From an uncultured Acidobacteriaceae bacterium (lineage in GTDB: Bacteria; Acidobacteriota; Terriglobia; Terriglobales; Acidobacteriaceae), in NCBI GenBank assembly GCA_963846245.1, contig CAWJVI010000014.1, forward strand, positions 100,431-164,430: a DNA stretch of 64,000 nucleotides. Reading direction: 5' to 3'. Below the pieces are notes generated by a model. It was not told where the DNA came from. It made no database searches and worked only from the letters and a program-made list of their open reading frames with translations. Numbering within the stretch: the first letter of the stretch is position 1; every line of letters begins with the position of its first letter. The position numbers were made by a program, and so were the translations under genes. Positions 48,082 to 57,535 of this stretch are shown here, in pieces.

Positions 48082-49215
48082 CTAAACCGAAGCGGCAGAG
48101 GCAGCGATCCCCCGCTGCTTCTTTAGTTCTTCGTGGAACGAATCGCTCGGAACCTTGCTCTGCTTGCGGAAGAGATTGAGCAGCGGATCGTCGGACTCCG
48201 CCATTTCGCCGCTGGCCTTTTGGCCGGGTTCGGTATCGGATTCCAATCCCTCGGGCTCTACCATCAGCTCCGGCAAAACGTCCCGGTTCTGGGTGAGCAC
48301 GCTGAGGAACTTTTCCACCGCCTGGCGATGCTCGGGAGTGGTCTGGGAGAATTCCACACCCATGCCCTTTTCCGGGTGCATCACTCTCACTACACCTTCC
48401 GCGCGCATTTCCGCGGTGCCCGCGCGCATCGAAAGAGTCACGCGCGTAGAAACCGGAAATGGTGACGAAATATCGAGATAGCAACCGCCCAGGCTCAGGT
48501 CGGTCAACTGGCAGCGCACCGGCGGATCATCCTGTTCTGTCTCGGGAGAGTTGCGCTTGAGCCAGTCGCACAATTGCCGTGACGCGTCTGGAGCAACATC
48601 CACAAAGCGCAAACCAGCCTGGGCCATATTCCCTTCCCAGGCAAATTCCGAAGACAGTTCGAACGAGGTCTGAGTCCCGGGAAGGGTGAATGCCACCTTC
48701 CACAGTCCGCTGGGCCGCTGGCGCCCGGGAATGCGCACCGCCATGCCGCCCTCGCTCAGGTCGGTAGTGGTAACGCGCAGGGTGGCGTCGGAATTCACTT
48801 TGCGGATCAGCACGGGAATTTGTACGAGAATCCGGAAATTTCTCCGGCGCTCGCGCTTCATCAAGGCTCGCGCCGCCCGGAAACTTGATTTCGCCCGCTC
48901 CGTCGAGACCGGCTTGTAGAGGACGAAATGCGCTCCCAGGTCGAATACCGAACGCAGTCCAGTCGCCGCGTCTACCACCGCGACGGCCACAGCTCTCTTG
49001 TTGCAAAGAGCGCTCCGGGCGCTGCGCAGCACTTCCGCAGAACGCGGATCGGCGCAATCCACAATGATGGCTTCAAAACGCTCCCGCGTCAGCTTGCGCA
49101 AGGCAGTGTCGGCGTCGGCGCACAATTCCACGCCGATCTCGAGGTCGCCCAGGGTCCGGCGCAGCACTCGCACAATCTTCTCATCGGAGCAAAGCAGCAG
49201 CGATTTCAGGTTCAT
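48082..49215 (-). CDS. Receiver-like domain fused to two PilZ domains
   Basis: The N-terminal REC-like fold has IIVDC and LYKP. PilZ 1 has RRRNFR ... DLSEGG. PilZ 2 has DLSLGG but no clear RxxxR. The start is taken at MNLKSLLL. Confidence 0.7.
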   Translation of the reverse strand: MNLKSLLLCSDEKIVRVLRRTLGDLEIGVELCADADTALRKLTRERFEAIIVDCADPRSAEVLRSARSALCNKRAVAVAVVDAATGLRSVFDLGAHFVLYKPVSTERAKSSFRAARALMKRERRRNFRILVQIPVLIRKVNSDATLRVTTTDLSEGGMAVRIPGRQRPSGLWKVAFTLPGTQTSFELSSEFAWEGNMAQAGLRFVDVAPDASRQLCDWLKRNSPETEQDDPPVRCQLTDLSLGGCYLDISSPFPVSTRVTLSMRAGTAEMRAEGVVRVMHPEKGMGVEFSQTTPEHRQAVEKFLSVLTQNRDVLPELMVEPEGLESDTEPGQKASGEMAESDDPLLNLFRKQSKVPSDSFHEELKKQRGIAASAASV

Positions 49216-49442
49216 GGCTCGCTCTGTCCCCACCCGGACGTTCGCAGGTTGGGAACAGCTTGTGATCCAGTCGAGGAAGAAGTCCTCATTTCACTCTACG
49301 GCTTCGCGTATACCTCGAGCAATGGCCCGCAAGCGCCACGGGTTACGACCGTAACGCCGCTAATCCAGCATTGGAAAGAGGCCACCGGCCTCGCACAGGC
49401 TCGGTCATTAGAGCGCAGCTGAGCCCCGATCCTTGAGGTTCT

Positions 49443-49495
49443 GTCATTCCGAGCCAAAGGCTCTGTCATCCCGAAGCGAAGCGAGGGACCCTGCG
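49443..49495. repeat. Solo end(s) of the gtcat(t/c)ccga... repeat family
   Basis: gtcattccgagccaaaggctctgtcatcccgaagcgaagcgagggaccctgcg. Confidence 0.6.
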
Positions 49496-49709
49496 TAAGC
49501 CTGCGCCATCACTGGCCTTGCAGGGAGTTTCCGACGCTGATTCAGCCGGAGGCCCTGGCCTCACTTCCCTGCTCACGATTAGATTCTTGCTCGAAAATCG
49601 ACCATAAATGCGCAATCGTTCCCAAATCGGCCGCCCCTCCACACCCAGAACCATCCTGTTTACAATAATTTACAATGATTTTACTTCACCTCGCACGCAT
49701 TGAATTCCG

Positions 49710-49739
49710 TTGACTTTCAGGGCAAAATGGCCGTAAGAT
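49710..49739 (+). promoter_or_regulatory. Candidate sigma70-type promoter
   Basis: TTGACT, 18 nt, TAAGAT, in an AT-richer spacer about 175 nt upstream of the ORF at 49915. Pattern match only. Confidence 0.35.
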
Positions 49740-49914
49740 GTTGAGTCTCCACAAAGCATTTGGGGCGAGAGTAGGGTATCTAGCTGGGTCTAGTTGTCCC
49801 TAGGTCGCGTTCTGCCCTGTTTGAATCCAGACGAGAACGTGGAGAATCATATAGTTAGGCATATTACGTATTCGTCGAGCAGTTGACTCCCCCGACCGTA
49901 GAAAGGCACTTTTC

Positions 49915-50142
49915 ATGGCCAAGAGACGCGGAAATCCTAATTGGGGCAAGCCGGAGCCGATCGGCCCCATTGTCCCCACCATCACTGAGTTTGAGCAGGT
50001 TGTGCGTGAATATAAACTCTCTCCCGACCAGTATTTGCGCTCCACGCGCCTGCGGGAGTGGGCACGCCGGAATAAGAATTCCAAGTACATTCCCGAGCCT
50101 CTGCTGGAAGCCTGGGGATTCGAAATCGAGTCCACGCTGTAA
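49915..50142 (+). CDS. Small basic hypothetical protein
   Basis: 75 aa ORF (MAKRRGNPNWGKPEP...). The composition looks coding, but no motif was recognised. Confidence 0.4.
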   Translation: MAKRRGNPNWGKPEPIGPIVPTITEFEQVVREYKLSPDQYLRSTRLREWARRNKNSKYIPEPLLEAWGFEIESTL

Positions 50143-50281
50143 GCCAAGCATCCGCAAGGACTTGAAGTCTGGACTGAGTTCGTTGAAATTTTCAAGGGTC
50201 GCTCACAGAGCGGCCCTTTGTATTTACCCCAGTGGTCAGGGGCCATTTGCTAGTGGTCAGTTCGAGCGCATAGGCTAAGCT

Positions 50282-50893
50282 TTGCTCAACTTCGTGCAAA
50301 TCCCGCCGGCTGAACTGTTTGCCTTCCTCGCAGCGATCGCTTTCGCGGCTGGCCTAAATGTTTACGCCACCGTGGCGTTTCTGGGATTGCTGGGACGTTT
50401 TGGGCATATGCCGTTGCCTTCGGGGCTGCATGTGCTTGAGAACTGGATAGTTATTGGCGCCAGCAGTGCGCTTTTTTTCGTTGAATTTTTCGCCGATAAG
50501 GTTCCTGCGTTTGATTTGATCTGGAATGCGCTGCACACGTTCGTGCGGGTTCCGGCGGCGGCGCTCATTGCTTACGAAGCTACCAAGCCACTTTCGCCGG
50601 AACAGCAGCTGTTCGCCACTCTACTTGGAGCAGTGGTCGCTCTCGCCGCTCACGGGGGCAAAACTGCAGTACGGGCTGCGGTTACGCCCTCGCCGGAACC
50701 GCTTTCGAACATTTCCCTGAGTCTGGGCGAAGACGTCCTCGCCGTCGGGCTGGCCTGGCTGGCTACGCGACATCCTTACATCGCCGGAACGCTAGTTGCC
50801 GTATTCGTGGTGATCATCGTGGCGCTAATCCGCTGGGTGGTAAGGGCTTTGCGCGCTCTGTTCCGCGGGGCTGAGCGTGAACTGACGGCCTGA
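50282..50893 (+). CDS. DUF4126-family membrane protein
   Basis: 203 aa, containing FFVEFFADKVPAFDLIWNALHTFVRVPAAAL, typical of DUF4126 (from memory). Confidence 0.6.
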   Translation: MLNFVQIPPAELFAFLAAIAFAAGLNVYATVAFLGLLGRFGHMPLPSGLHVLENWIVIGASSALFFVEFFADKVPAFDLIWNALHTFVRVPAAALIAYEATKPLSPEQQLFATLLGAVVALAAHGGKTAVRAAVTPSPEPLSNISLSLGEDVLAVGLAWLATRHPYIAGTLVAVFVVIIVALIRWVVRALRALFRGAERELTA

Positions 50894-50965
50894 TCGGTGA
50901 TTGCTGATGTAGAATCCTTCCCGTCTTTGAATTCGAAATCGTCATCTTCAGCGCGAGGCACACTT

Positions 50966-51742
50966 ATGAAAAGAATCCTGTCTTCTTCGTTGACCGCAGT
51001 GTTTCTGATCTTGCTAGTTCAGGTTTCCGTGGCGCAGGAGCCGATGAAGTGGAAGATCCATGATCTTAACCGGCCGGTGCCGCCGGTGATCGATCCCGGA
51101 ACGGCTAGCACGCCGAACACACCAGGGCGTGCTCCCTCCGATGCGGTGGTGTTGTTTGATGGCAAGGACCTCTCGCTGTGGGCCGACAAAGATGGCAAAC
51201 CCGCGCGCTGGAGGGTGGAAAACGGCTACGCGCAGGTATTGCCGGACAGCGGCAACATTTTCACCAAACGGAAATTTGGAGATTGCCAGTTACACGTGGA
51301 ATTTGCCGAACCGCTGCCCGCGGTCGGAGAGAGCCAGGAACGCGGCAACAGCGGAGTCTTTCTGCACGGGCTGTACGAAATTCAGGTTTTGGATTCCTAC
51401 CAGAACAAAACATATGCCGACGGCCAGGCTGCGGCGGTGTATGGGCAATATCCTCCGCAGGTGAATGCGTCGCGGCCGCCGGGGCAGTGGCAGGCTTATG
51501 ACATTATTTTTCACGGCGCGCGGTTCTCGAAAGATGGCAAGCTGCTTCGTCCGGCGCGTGTGACCCTGCTGCACAATGGAGTGCTGGTGCAGGACAATGT
51601 CGAGCTCACTGGTCCCACCGCTCACGGCCAGCGTCCGCCTTATACGCCGCAGCCGGAGAAGCTTCCGCTGGCGCTGCAGGACCATGGGCATCTAGTGCGC
51701 TACCGGAACATTTGGATTCGGGAGTTGAAAGAGACGGAGTGA
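50966..51742 (+). CDS. Secreted DUF1080 (3-keto-disaccharide hydrolase-like) protein
   Basis: Start MKRILSSS (signal peptide). Contains W...ENGYAQV...FGDCQLHVEF...NSGVFLHGLYEIQVLD, typical of DUF1080. Confidence 0.7.
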   Translation: MKRILSSSLTAVFLILLVQVSVAQEPMKWKIHDLNRPVPPVIDPGTASTPNTPGRAPSDAVVLFDGKDLSLWADKDGKPARWRVENGYAQVLPDSGNIFTKRKFGDCQLHVEFAEPLPAVGESQERGNSGVFLHGLYEIQVLDSYQNKTYADGQAAAVYGQYPPQVNASRPPGQWQAYDIIFHGARFSKDGKLLRPARVTLLHNGVLVQDNVELTGPTAHGQRPPYTPQPEKLPLALQDHGHLVRYRNIWIRELKETE

Positions 51743-51751
51743 GGGAAAACA

Positions 51752-51814
51752 GGGGTCAGGGATTAGGGGTCAGGGGTTGAAACCTGCAAGTCGAAACCTC
51801 GAGTCAAAATCCCC
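51752..51814. repeat. Tandem heptamer repeat (ggggtca gggatta ggggtca ggggttg aaacctg caagtcg aaacctc gagtcaa aatcccc)
   Basis: Read directly, between convergent genes. Confidence 0.75.
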
Positions 51815-51843
51815 ACTTCTCGCAAAAGACGCGAGAAATGGGG
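51811..51843. terminator. Hairpin between convergent genes (possible bidirectional terminator; no clear U-tract)
   Basis: ccccacttctcgc, loop aaaagac, gcgagaaatgggg (1 mismatch). Confidence 0.45.
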
Positions 51844-51852
51844 CACCCGGGC

Positions 51853-53580
51853 TCACTTTGCCTGATAGACGGTTTTTCCGGCTACGATTGTCCATAACAC
51901 TTTTGTGTCGCGCATTTCTTCGGGAGAGATCGTCAGGACGTCGCGGTCTAACAAGACTAAATCTGCGCGTTTGCCGGGGGCGATGGTTCCGATGGAATCG
52001 AGATTCATGGCCCGCGCGGAGTTGCGCGTGTAGGCGTAGAACATTGCTTCGCGGGGCATGTCCTGCGACGCGTCCAGGACGCCTTCCGAGCCCTTGCGGG
52101 TCTCCGCCTGATAAATCCCACGGAACACATTCGCGGTGGAGACTGGCCAGTCGCTGGCTCCGGAAATGATGCCGCCGTTGTCGAGGATGGACCGCGCCGG
52201 ATATTGCCATTTGTAGATCTCGGGATCGAGATAGGGCTTCACGATTTCGATGGTGTCTGGACTGGCCTCGGCCCAGAGAAGTTGCAACGCGCTCACCACG
52301 CCCAATTCCCGGAAGCGCGGAAAATCTTCTGGCTGCACGAATTGTTCGTGGGTGATGGTGTGCGGCAAACCGGAGTTCCCGTTGGATTTGCGAGCCGCGG
52401 CAATCCCATCGAGCGCGGCTCTCACGGCGCCGTCGCCGATCGCGTGGACGTGGATGATCAATCCTTGTTTATCCGCGGCAACGCACAGCTCGGCGAATTT
52501 TTTCGGCTCGAATAGCAGATCGCCATTGCGGCCTGTGTTTTTGTAGGGCTTGCTGAGATTCGCGGTCTGCGATGGATACTCGACCACTCCGTCCGCGAAG
52601 ACTTTGACTCCGGTCACGTGCAGGTTGGGAACGTCCTTGTAGAGTTCGCGCGTCTTCTGCACGGCAGCGAGTTCCGCCGTGGGATCTTTCGCGAATACCT
52701 GAGGAAATGCCACCACCTGCGAAATCAGCTCGCCATGGTCGGCTAGCAACTTGTAAGCCTGCAACACGTCGTCGGAGGCCAGCGGATCGAGCCACGCCGT
52801 AATGCCGAGGCTGTAGCTGTATTCCAGCGCGGCGCGGCCCGCTGCGAGCAACTCGGCGGGAGTGTGTGGCGGAAGCAGCGGCTCGATTTTCTCGGTGCCG
52901 GCATCCACCAGGAATCCACTCGGCTGCATGTTTTTGTCATCCTTCTCGAACCCGTAGTAGCTGCGTTCTCCGGCGGAAAGCTTCTTGAGGAAATCGGCGG
53001 TGATGCCGGCGCGCTGCAACAGCGCGCGATTCGCCCACGCGGTGTGTCCATCCATACCGCGCAGAAGGACGCTTTGCTTCTCGTATGTCCCGGTGCTGAA
53101 CTGGGCGTTGAGCGCGTCTGTATGCGACCAGAACTCAAGCGGCATGCCGTAAATTTCAAGCACGTCGCCGCGCATGCCCTTGCCTGACTTTCTCGCGGCG
53201 TCGACAAAGGGCGCAAGCTGGTCGAGCGTGTCCACTTTTTCGCTGGCGTCCGCGCCAATCAGGCCGAGTCCGCCATCGATCGAATGGCTATGCGAATCGA
53301 TAAACCCAGGGAAAAGAGTTTTGCCTTCCAGATCTATGCGCTCGGCGTTTGCCGACGCAATTTTTAAAACTTCCGCCAGGCTGCCGACCGCGATGATCTT
53401 GTCGCCGCGAATGGCGACCGCTTCCGCGTAGGGATTCTCCGGGTTGGCGGTGAAGACTTTCGCGTGAAAGAAGATCCGTTCCCCGGAAGGTCCTTGAGCC
53501 CAGAGCGAAATGCAGGTGAGAGCAAAAAAGAAAGACACTGCCAACAGAGCGGTTGAGCTACGTCGCGAAGAGCGTGCCAC
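51853..53580 (-). CDS. Secreted amidohydrolase-family metallo-hydrolase (Amidohydro_3 / YtcJ-like)
   Basis: The FIDSHSH metal motif and the HVHAIGDGA and GASDWP regions are present. The GTG start at 53580 gives a signal peptide. The ORF opens at 53670. Confidence 0.8.
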   Translation of the reverse strand: MARSSRRSSTALLAVSFFFALTCISLWAQGPSGERIFFHAKVFTANPENPYAEAVAIRGDKIIAVGSLAEVLKIASANAERIDLEGKTLFPGFIDSHSHSIDGGLGLIGADASEKVDTLDQLAPFVDAARKSGKGMRGDVLEIYGMPLEFWSHTDALNAQFSTGTYEKQSVLLRGMDGHTAWANRALLQRAGITADFLKKLSAGERSYYGFEKDDKNMQPSGFLVDAGTEKIEPLLPPHTPAELLAAGRAALEYSYSLGITAWLDPLASDDVLQAYKLLADHGELISQVVAFPQVFAKDPTAELAAVQKTRELYKDVPNLHVTGVKVFADGVVEYPSQTANLSKPYKNTGRNGDLLFEPKKFAELCVAADKQGLIIHVHAIGDGAVRAALDGIAAARKSNGNSGLPHTITHEQFVQPEDFPRFRELGVVSALQLLWAEASPDTIEIVKPYLDPEIYKWQYPARSILDNGGIISGASDWPVSTANVFRGIYQAETRKGSEGVLDASQDMPREAMFYAYTRNSARAMNLDSIGTIAPGKRADLVLLDRDVLTISPEEMRDTKVLWTIVAGKTVYQAK

Positions 53581-53837
53581 TGAGTTTCCCTTTCCCTGCC
53601 AATCCGCAAGATTCACTGAACGGCACTCCACTATACAACCTTGCCCGAATAGGCGGGCAAGACGGAGCACGCCAGGAACTTTAATCGCAGAGATCGCGAA
53701 GGAATACCGCAGAGGTCGCTGAAGAAAAGCCTGGGCTTACTCTCGACCTTTGGCGGGCTACACTTTGCGGCCTTCAGGGTTAAAGGCTTTTTCTATGGTT
53801 TCGGCAGTGCGGTGGGCTTTGCTACAATCGGCCTAAT

Positions 53838-55001
53838 ATGAGCATCCAGCAGCCATTTACCGATGTCCCCGACGCCCTTGAGGAAATCCGAGCGGGGCGC
53901 ATGATTGTTGTGGTCGACGACGAAGACCGCGAAAACGAAGGCGACCTGACGCTTGCCGCGGAAAAAGTCACTCCCGAAGCGATCAACTTTATGGCCAAGT
54001 ACGGGCGCGGGTTGGTGTGCCTGGCGATGACGGAGGAGCGGCTCGACCATCTTCGCATCGGGCCCATGACCGCGGAGAATACTTCGCAGTACGGCACCGC
54101 GTTTTGCGAAGCGATTGACGCGCGCACCGGAGTGACCACCGGAATTTCTGCTTATGACCGGGCGCGGACGATTCAGGTGGCGATTGATCCCGCGACCAAG
54201 CCCAGCGATCTAGCGCGGCCGGGGCACGTGTTCCCGCTGCGCGCGCGCAAGGGCGGGGTTCTGGTGCGGGCGGGACAGACCGAAGCGTCCGTGGATCTGG
54301 CCCGGTTGGCGGGGATGGTGCCGGCGGGAATCATTTGCGAAATCATGAAGGACGATGGCAGCATGGCGCGCGTGCCGGACCTGATCGAGTTTTGCCGCGA
54401 ACATAAATTGAAGATGCTGACGGTGGCGGAGATCATCCGGCATCGCATGGCGCACGAACGCTACGTGCACCGCGTCGGCGAAGCGCTGGTGGACACGCGT
54501 TTCGGCGAGTTCCGAATGATTGCTTACGAAAGCGAAGTGGATGGCGGCGAGAGTCACGTAGCGCTGATTCGTGGTGAGATCGAAAATAGCGCAACGCCGG
54601 TGCTGGTGCGCATGCATGCGCACTGCCTGATGGGCGACGTTTTCGGAGCAACGGGCTGCGAATGCCACGCCACGCTGGAAGGGTCGTTGAGGAGAATTGG
54701 CGAGGCAGGGCGCGGGGCGTTGATTTATCTGCATCAGACTTCGCAGGGATTTTCGATTGAGAAAGTTGGCGACCGTTCGGCGCTCAGTTTTCATCGCGGA
54801 CGGAAATTACCTGCGCTGCTGGATAGCGAGAGGCAGACGCAGCGCGAGATCGGCATTGGGGCGCAGATTTTGTCGGACCTGAACCTGCGGCATATTCGAT
54901 TGCTCACGAACCGGCCAAAGAAAGTGGCGGCGCTGGAAGGATTTGGAATTGAGATTACGGAGCAGGTTCCGGTGGAACTGGGCGCGAGGAAGGCGAAGTA
55001 A
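53838..55001 (+). CDS. ribBA: Bifunctional 3,4-dihydroxy-2-butanone-4-phosphate synthase / GTP cyclohydrolase II
   Basis: 387 aa with [11 protein letters not shown] (RibB) and the C-terminal RibA Cys cluster region [17 protein letters not shown]. Confidence 0.93.
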   Translation: MSIQQPFTDVPDALEEIRAGRMIVVVDDEDRENEGDLTLAAEKVTPEAINFMAKYGRGLVCLAMTEERLDHLRIGPMTAENTSQYGTAFCEAIDARTGVTTGISAYDRARTIQVAIDPATKPSDLARPGHVFPLRARKGGVLVRAGQTEASVDLARLAGMVPAGIICEIMKDDGSMARVPDLIEFCREHKLKMLTVAEIIRHRMAHERYVHRVGEALVDTRFGEFRMIAYESEVDGGESHVALIRGEIENSATPVLVRMHAHCLMGDVFGATGCECHATLEGSLRRIGEAGRGALIYLHQTSQGFSIEKVGDRSALSFHRGRKLPALLDSERQTQREIGIGAQILSDLNLRHIRLLTNRPKKVAALEGFGIEITEQVPVELGARKAK

Positions 55002-55006
55002 GAACA

Positions 55007-55027
55007 GGGGCCAGGGGTCAGTAAGGG
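55007..55027. repeat. Short heptamer repeat (ggggcca ggggtca gtaaggg)
   Basis: Read directly, just after the ribBA stop. Confidence 0.6.
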
Positions 55028-55044
55028 CAAACGCGCCCGACATA

Positions 55045-55308
55045 TCAGAACGGCTTGCGGACTACGACTTCGTTGTCACGGATAAAAAACTGGGCGGAAC
55101 ACGCTTCCGAACCACAGATCACGGGGATTAGGCCGTTGATTTGCTTGCGGGTGATGAGTCCGAGCATGCCGCACGAAGGGCACGAGAGCACGGCCCAATA
55201 GGGATCTTCCTTTTCGCCGATCTCGCCGGCGTTTTCGAGCACGAAAACGGTGCCGGGCTGCATCTGCTCCGGGATCCACTCATTCAGGATGTCCAGTTCG
55301 CTAATCAT
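55045..55308 (-). CDS. Small zinc-ribbon-like hypothetical protein
   Basis: 87 aa with CPSCG ... CGSEAC. It lies 48 nt downstream of the MerR gene on the same strand. Confidence 0.45.
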   Translation of the reverse strand: MISELDILNEWIPEQMQPGTVFVLENAGEIGEKEDPYWAVLSCPSCGMLGLITRKQINGLIPVICGSEACSAQFFIRDNEVVVRKPF

Positions 55309-55356
55309 TCTTCCTCCGTCCCCCTGCTCCTAGCCGTGTTAGACCAAAACCTCCTG

Positions 55357-55830
55357 CTATGAAGCATTTCTAGCACGCCGACGCGAAACCGGCGATGTTA
55401 CCGAAGTATTCGCCTTGCGGGAGACGACCTCGGCGCGCACCTGCCGCACCGCGTCGCTGAGGCATACTCCCAGGATCGGCTGGCTCGAATTTTTCAAAAT
55501 GTCGACAATCTGCCGCGCCGATGTTTCGAGATAAAGATGAGTGCCATCGGTGAGCAGATGATATTCGGAACCGTGGCTCATAATTTCCGCGAGGCCCTTG
55601 CCGAATTCGCGTCCGAGAAAACGCATTACTTTGCGGACACTTTGCAGGGAGAAACCTTTGCGCCGGAGTTCGCAGATCACTGCGACTTCGGTGAGGTGAT
55701 GCATGGAATACACGCGGCGATGACCTTGGCGCTCGGGCTTGACGACTCCACGCTCGTCCCACCACTGGAGCTGGCGAGGGGTGATCCCCGTGAGGTCAAT
55801 CACTTCGTGCGATGTAAAACGGTCTTGCAT
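55357..55830 (-). CDS. MerR-family transcriptional regulator
   Basis: The N-terminal HTH is FTSHEVIDLTGITPRQLQWWDERGVV...RRVYS. Confidence 0.8.
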   Translation of the reverse strand: MQDRFTSHEVIDLTGITPRQLQWWDERGVVKPERQGHRRVYSMHHLTEVAVICELRRKGFSLQSVRKVMRFLGREFGKGLAEIMSHGSEYHLLTDGTHLYLETSARQIVDILKNSSQPILGVCLSDAVRQVRAEVVSRKANTSVTSPVSRRRARNAS

Positions 55831-55932
55831 TCGTCCCCGGTAATGTTTGAAACAAACTGGCAGTAAAATGTTTCAGCCATTTTAGGCATGACTGGGTGGG
55901 AGTCAAGCAAAGAATCGGAGCGGGAGGGGTGA

Positions 55933-56181
55933 CTAGGAGAGTTCCTGGTGGGAACGTGCGGATGGCGACGTGGAACCGCCACCGACGAAGTGGACGATCT
56001 CCAGGCGGTCGCCCTCGTTCAGTGCGGTTTCACGCCAGCGATCCCGCGGGACGATGTCGCGATTGAGTTCGACGGCTACCCGGTCGGCTTTCATCTGCAG
56101 GAATTCGATCAGAGCAGCGAGGGTAAGAGTATTCGGAGCATCGGGGAATACGCGCTCGTCTCCATTGATGCGAAGTTTCAT
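55933..56181 (-). CDS. thiS: ThiS/MoaD-like beta-grasp sulfur-carrier protein with a C-terminal extension beyond the GG motif
   Basis: [12 protein letters not shown]...[31 protein letters not shown] followed by [13 protein letters not shown]. Confidence 0.7.
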   Translation of the reverse strand: MKLRINGDERVFPDAPNTLTLAALIEFLQMKADRVAVELNRDIVPRDRWRETALNEGDRLEIVHFVGGGSTSPSARSHQELS

Positions 56182-56205
56182 TGCGTGGGACTTTCGCGCA
56201 GCAAT

Positions 56206-56901
56206 CTACTCGGTTTTGCGCAGTTGGAATTTTCGCGTGGCGGTTCGGCCTTCGTGGTTGGCCTGGACCATGAGAGAGGCGTCGGGCAGCGCGGATTCTT
56301 CCACTTCGATTTTAATTTCCGCGGCGCCTCCCGAGTCGGTGACGGCCTGGGTATAGAAAGGAGCGGAGTCGGGACGGGCAAAACGAAACGTCAGACGTGC
56401 GCCGGCGACGGCTGCGCCTCCCTCGGTCACACGCAGCTGCATGGTCAGGTTGCGATCAGCGTGGACCGACTCGGCGTTCAGCCACTGCACATCGAGTTGC
56501 TTGATCGCCGCCAGCGCTTCCGGTTCCTGCCCATCGAGGACGCTATCGAGCTTCCCTTCGCGGATCGCGTCCAATACGTGCCGGTGCTGTTCGCGGAGGA
56601 GTTGCTCTTTCTGTTGGTCGGCCTGGCCCTGGCCCGCCGCGGCTGCGTAGGAGACCGCTTTTTTTCCGATGCAACGTCCACGGACAAAAACCTGCGTCTG
56701 TAGCAGCAGCTCACCCTCGCGAGCTTCGCTCTGCACGTGGTAGATGGTGTCCGCGTGCTTGACGTCGGTGTTGAAGCCAAAAATCATAGGATCGCTAAAT
56801 TCTGCAAACTGACCATGTGACCGGTCAATGAACTGATACTCAAACGAATCAACGATCAATTGTGTAATCGAAAACTGCCGCGCGCAAGGGTCCGGGACCA
56901 C
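56206..56901 (-). CDS. Hypothetical protein
   Basis: 231 aa ORF lying 25 nt upstream of thiS. The start is uncertain (internal ATG at 56787). No motif was recognised. Confidence 0.4.
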   Translation of the reverse strand: MVPDPCARQFSITQLIVDSFEYQFIDRSHGQFAEFSDPMIFGFNTDVKHADTIYHVQSEAREGELLLQTQVFVRGRCIGKKAVSYAAAAGQGQADQQKEQLLREQHRHVLDAIREGKLDSVLDGQEPEALAAIKQLDVQWLNAESVHADRNLTMQLRVTEGGAAVAGARLTFRFARPDSAPFYTQAVTDSGGAAEIKIEVEESALPDASLMVQANHEGRTATRKFQLRKTE

Positions 56902-57045
56902 CAGAGTACTCCCCTTGCAATACTTTGCCCCGAATCGGTGACAAATTCGACCACAAGAATTGCGTGATTGCCCAATTACGCAATCGTCTTACGCAGTCAT
57001 TTTGCGCAGTCGATTCACAAGCCCTTAACATCAGCGCCAGATCGC

Positions 57046-57074
57046 TTGACACTCTTGAGTGTAACCCCATAATC
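57046..57074 (+). promoter_or_regulatory. Candidate sigma70-type promoter for nuo cluster 2
   Basis: TTGACA, 17 nt, ATAATC (or 16 nt, CATAAT), about 50 nt upstream of the nuoA ATG. Pattern match only. Confidence 0.45.
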
Positions 57075-57121
57075 TAGAACGTTTACGCAGCACCTCGCGA
57101 AAATTATATATAGCTTATCGT

Positions 57122-57535
57122 ATGCCAGACAATTACTTCGCGCGCTACCTCCCGTTGCTGATCCATATTCTGCTGGCCAGCGGAATTGCGGGCGCGATTA
57201 TTACGCTCTCCTGGCTGATTGGGGAGCGTAAGCCAACCCGCGCCAAGCTTGAGGCCTATGAATGCGGTATGACGCCGATCGGCGACTCCCGCGAACGCTT
57301 CTCGGTGAAGTTTTACATGGTGGCGATGCTGTTCATTCTGTTCGACGTGGAAGCGGTTTTTATTTTTCCCTGGGCCGTGATTCTGCGCCAGCTCAAAGCG
57401 CAAGGCGAGGGACATTTCGGGCTTTGGGAGATGTTCGTGTATATCGGCATCTTCCTGGTTGGCTTTTTCTATGTCTGGAAAAAAGGCGTTCTGGACTGGG
57501 GACTGCGGTCCTCCAGGGAGCGGGGAGACGTGTAG
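57122..57535 (+). CDS. nuoA: NADH-quinone oxidoreductase subunit A (cluster 2)
   Basis: 137 aa, containing YECGMTP...FYMVAMLFILFDVEAVFIFPWAV. Confidence 0.92.
   Translation: MPDNYFARYLPLLIHILLASGIAGAIITLSWLIGERKPTRAKLEAYECGMTPIGDSRERFSVKFYMVAMLFILFDVEAVFIFPWAVILRQLKAQGEGHFGLWEMFVYIGIFLVGFFYVWKKGVLDWGLRSSRERGDV

Noticed and set aside
53671-53837. An FMN (RFN) riboswitch, expected upstream of ribBA.
   Set aside because: I could not find the conserved RFN core segments (GGGGCAGGGTGAAATTCCC-type and GGATGGGAGA-type stretches) in the 167-nt leader. A covariance-model scan would be needed to be certain.
55831-56205. A TPP riboswitch near the ThiS-like gene.
   Set aside because: No CTGAGA…ACCCTT…GAACCTGATC-like THI-box elements are visible in the short spacers on the minus strand. 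thiS is only 25 nt downstream of another ORF.
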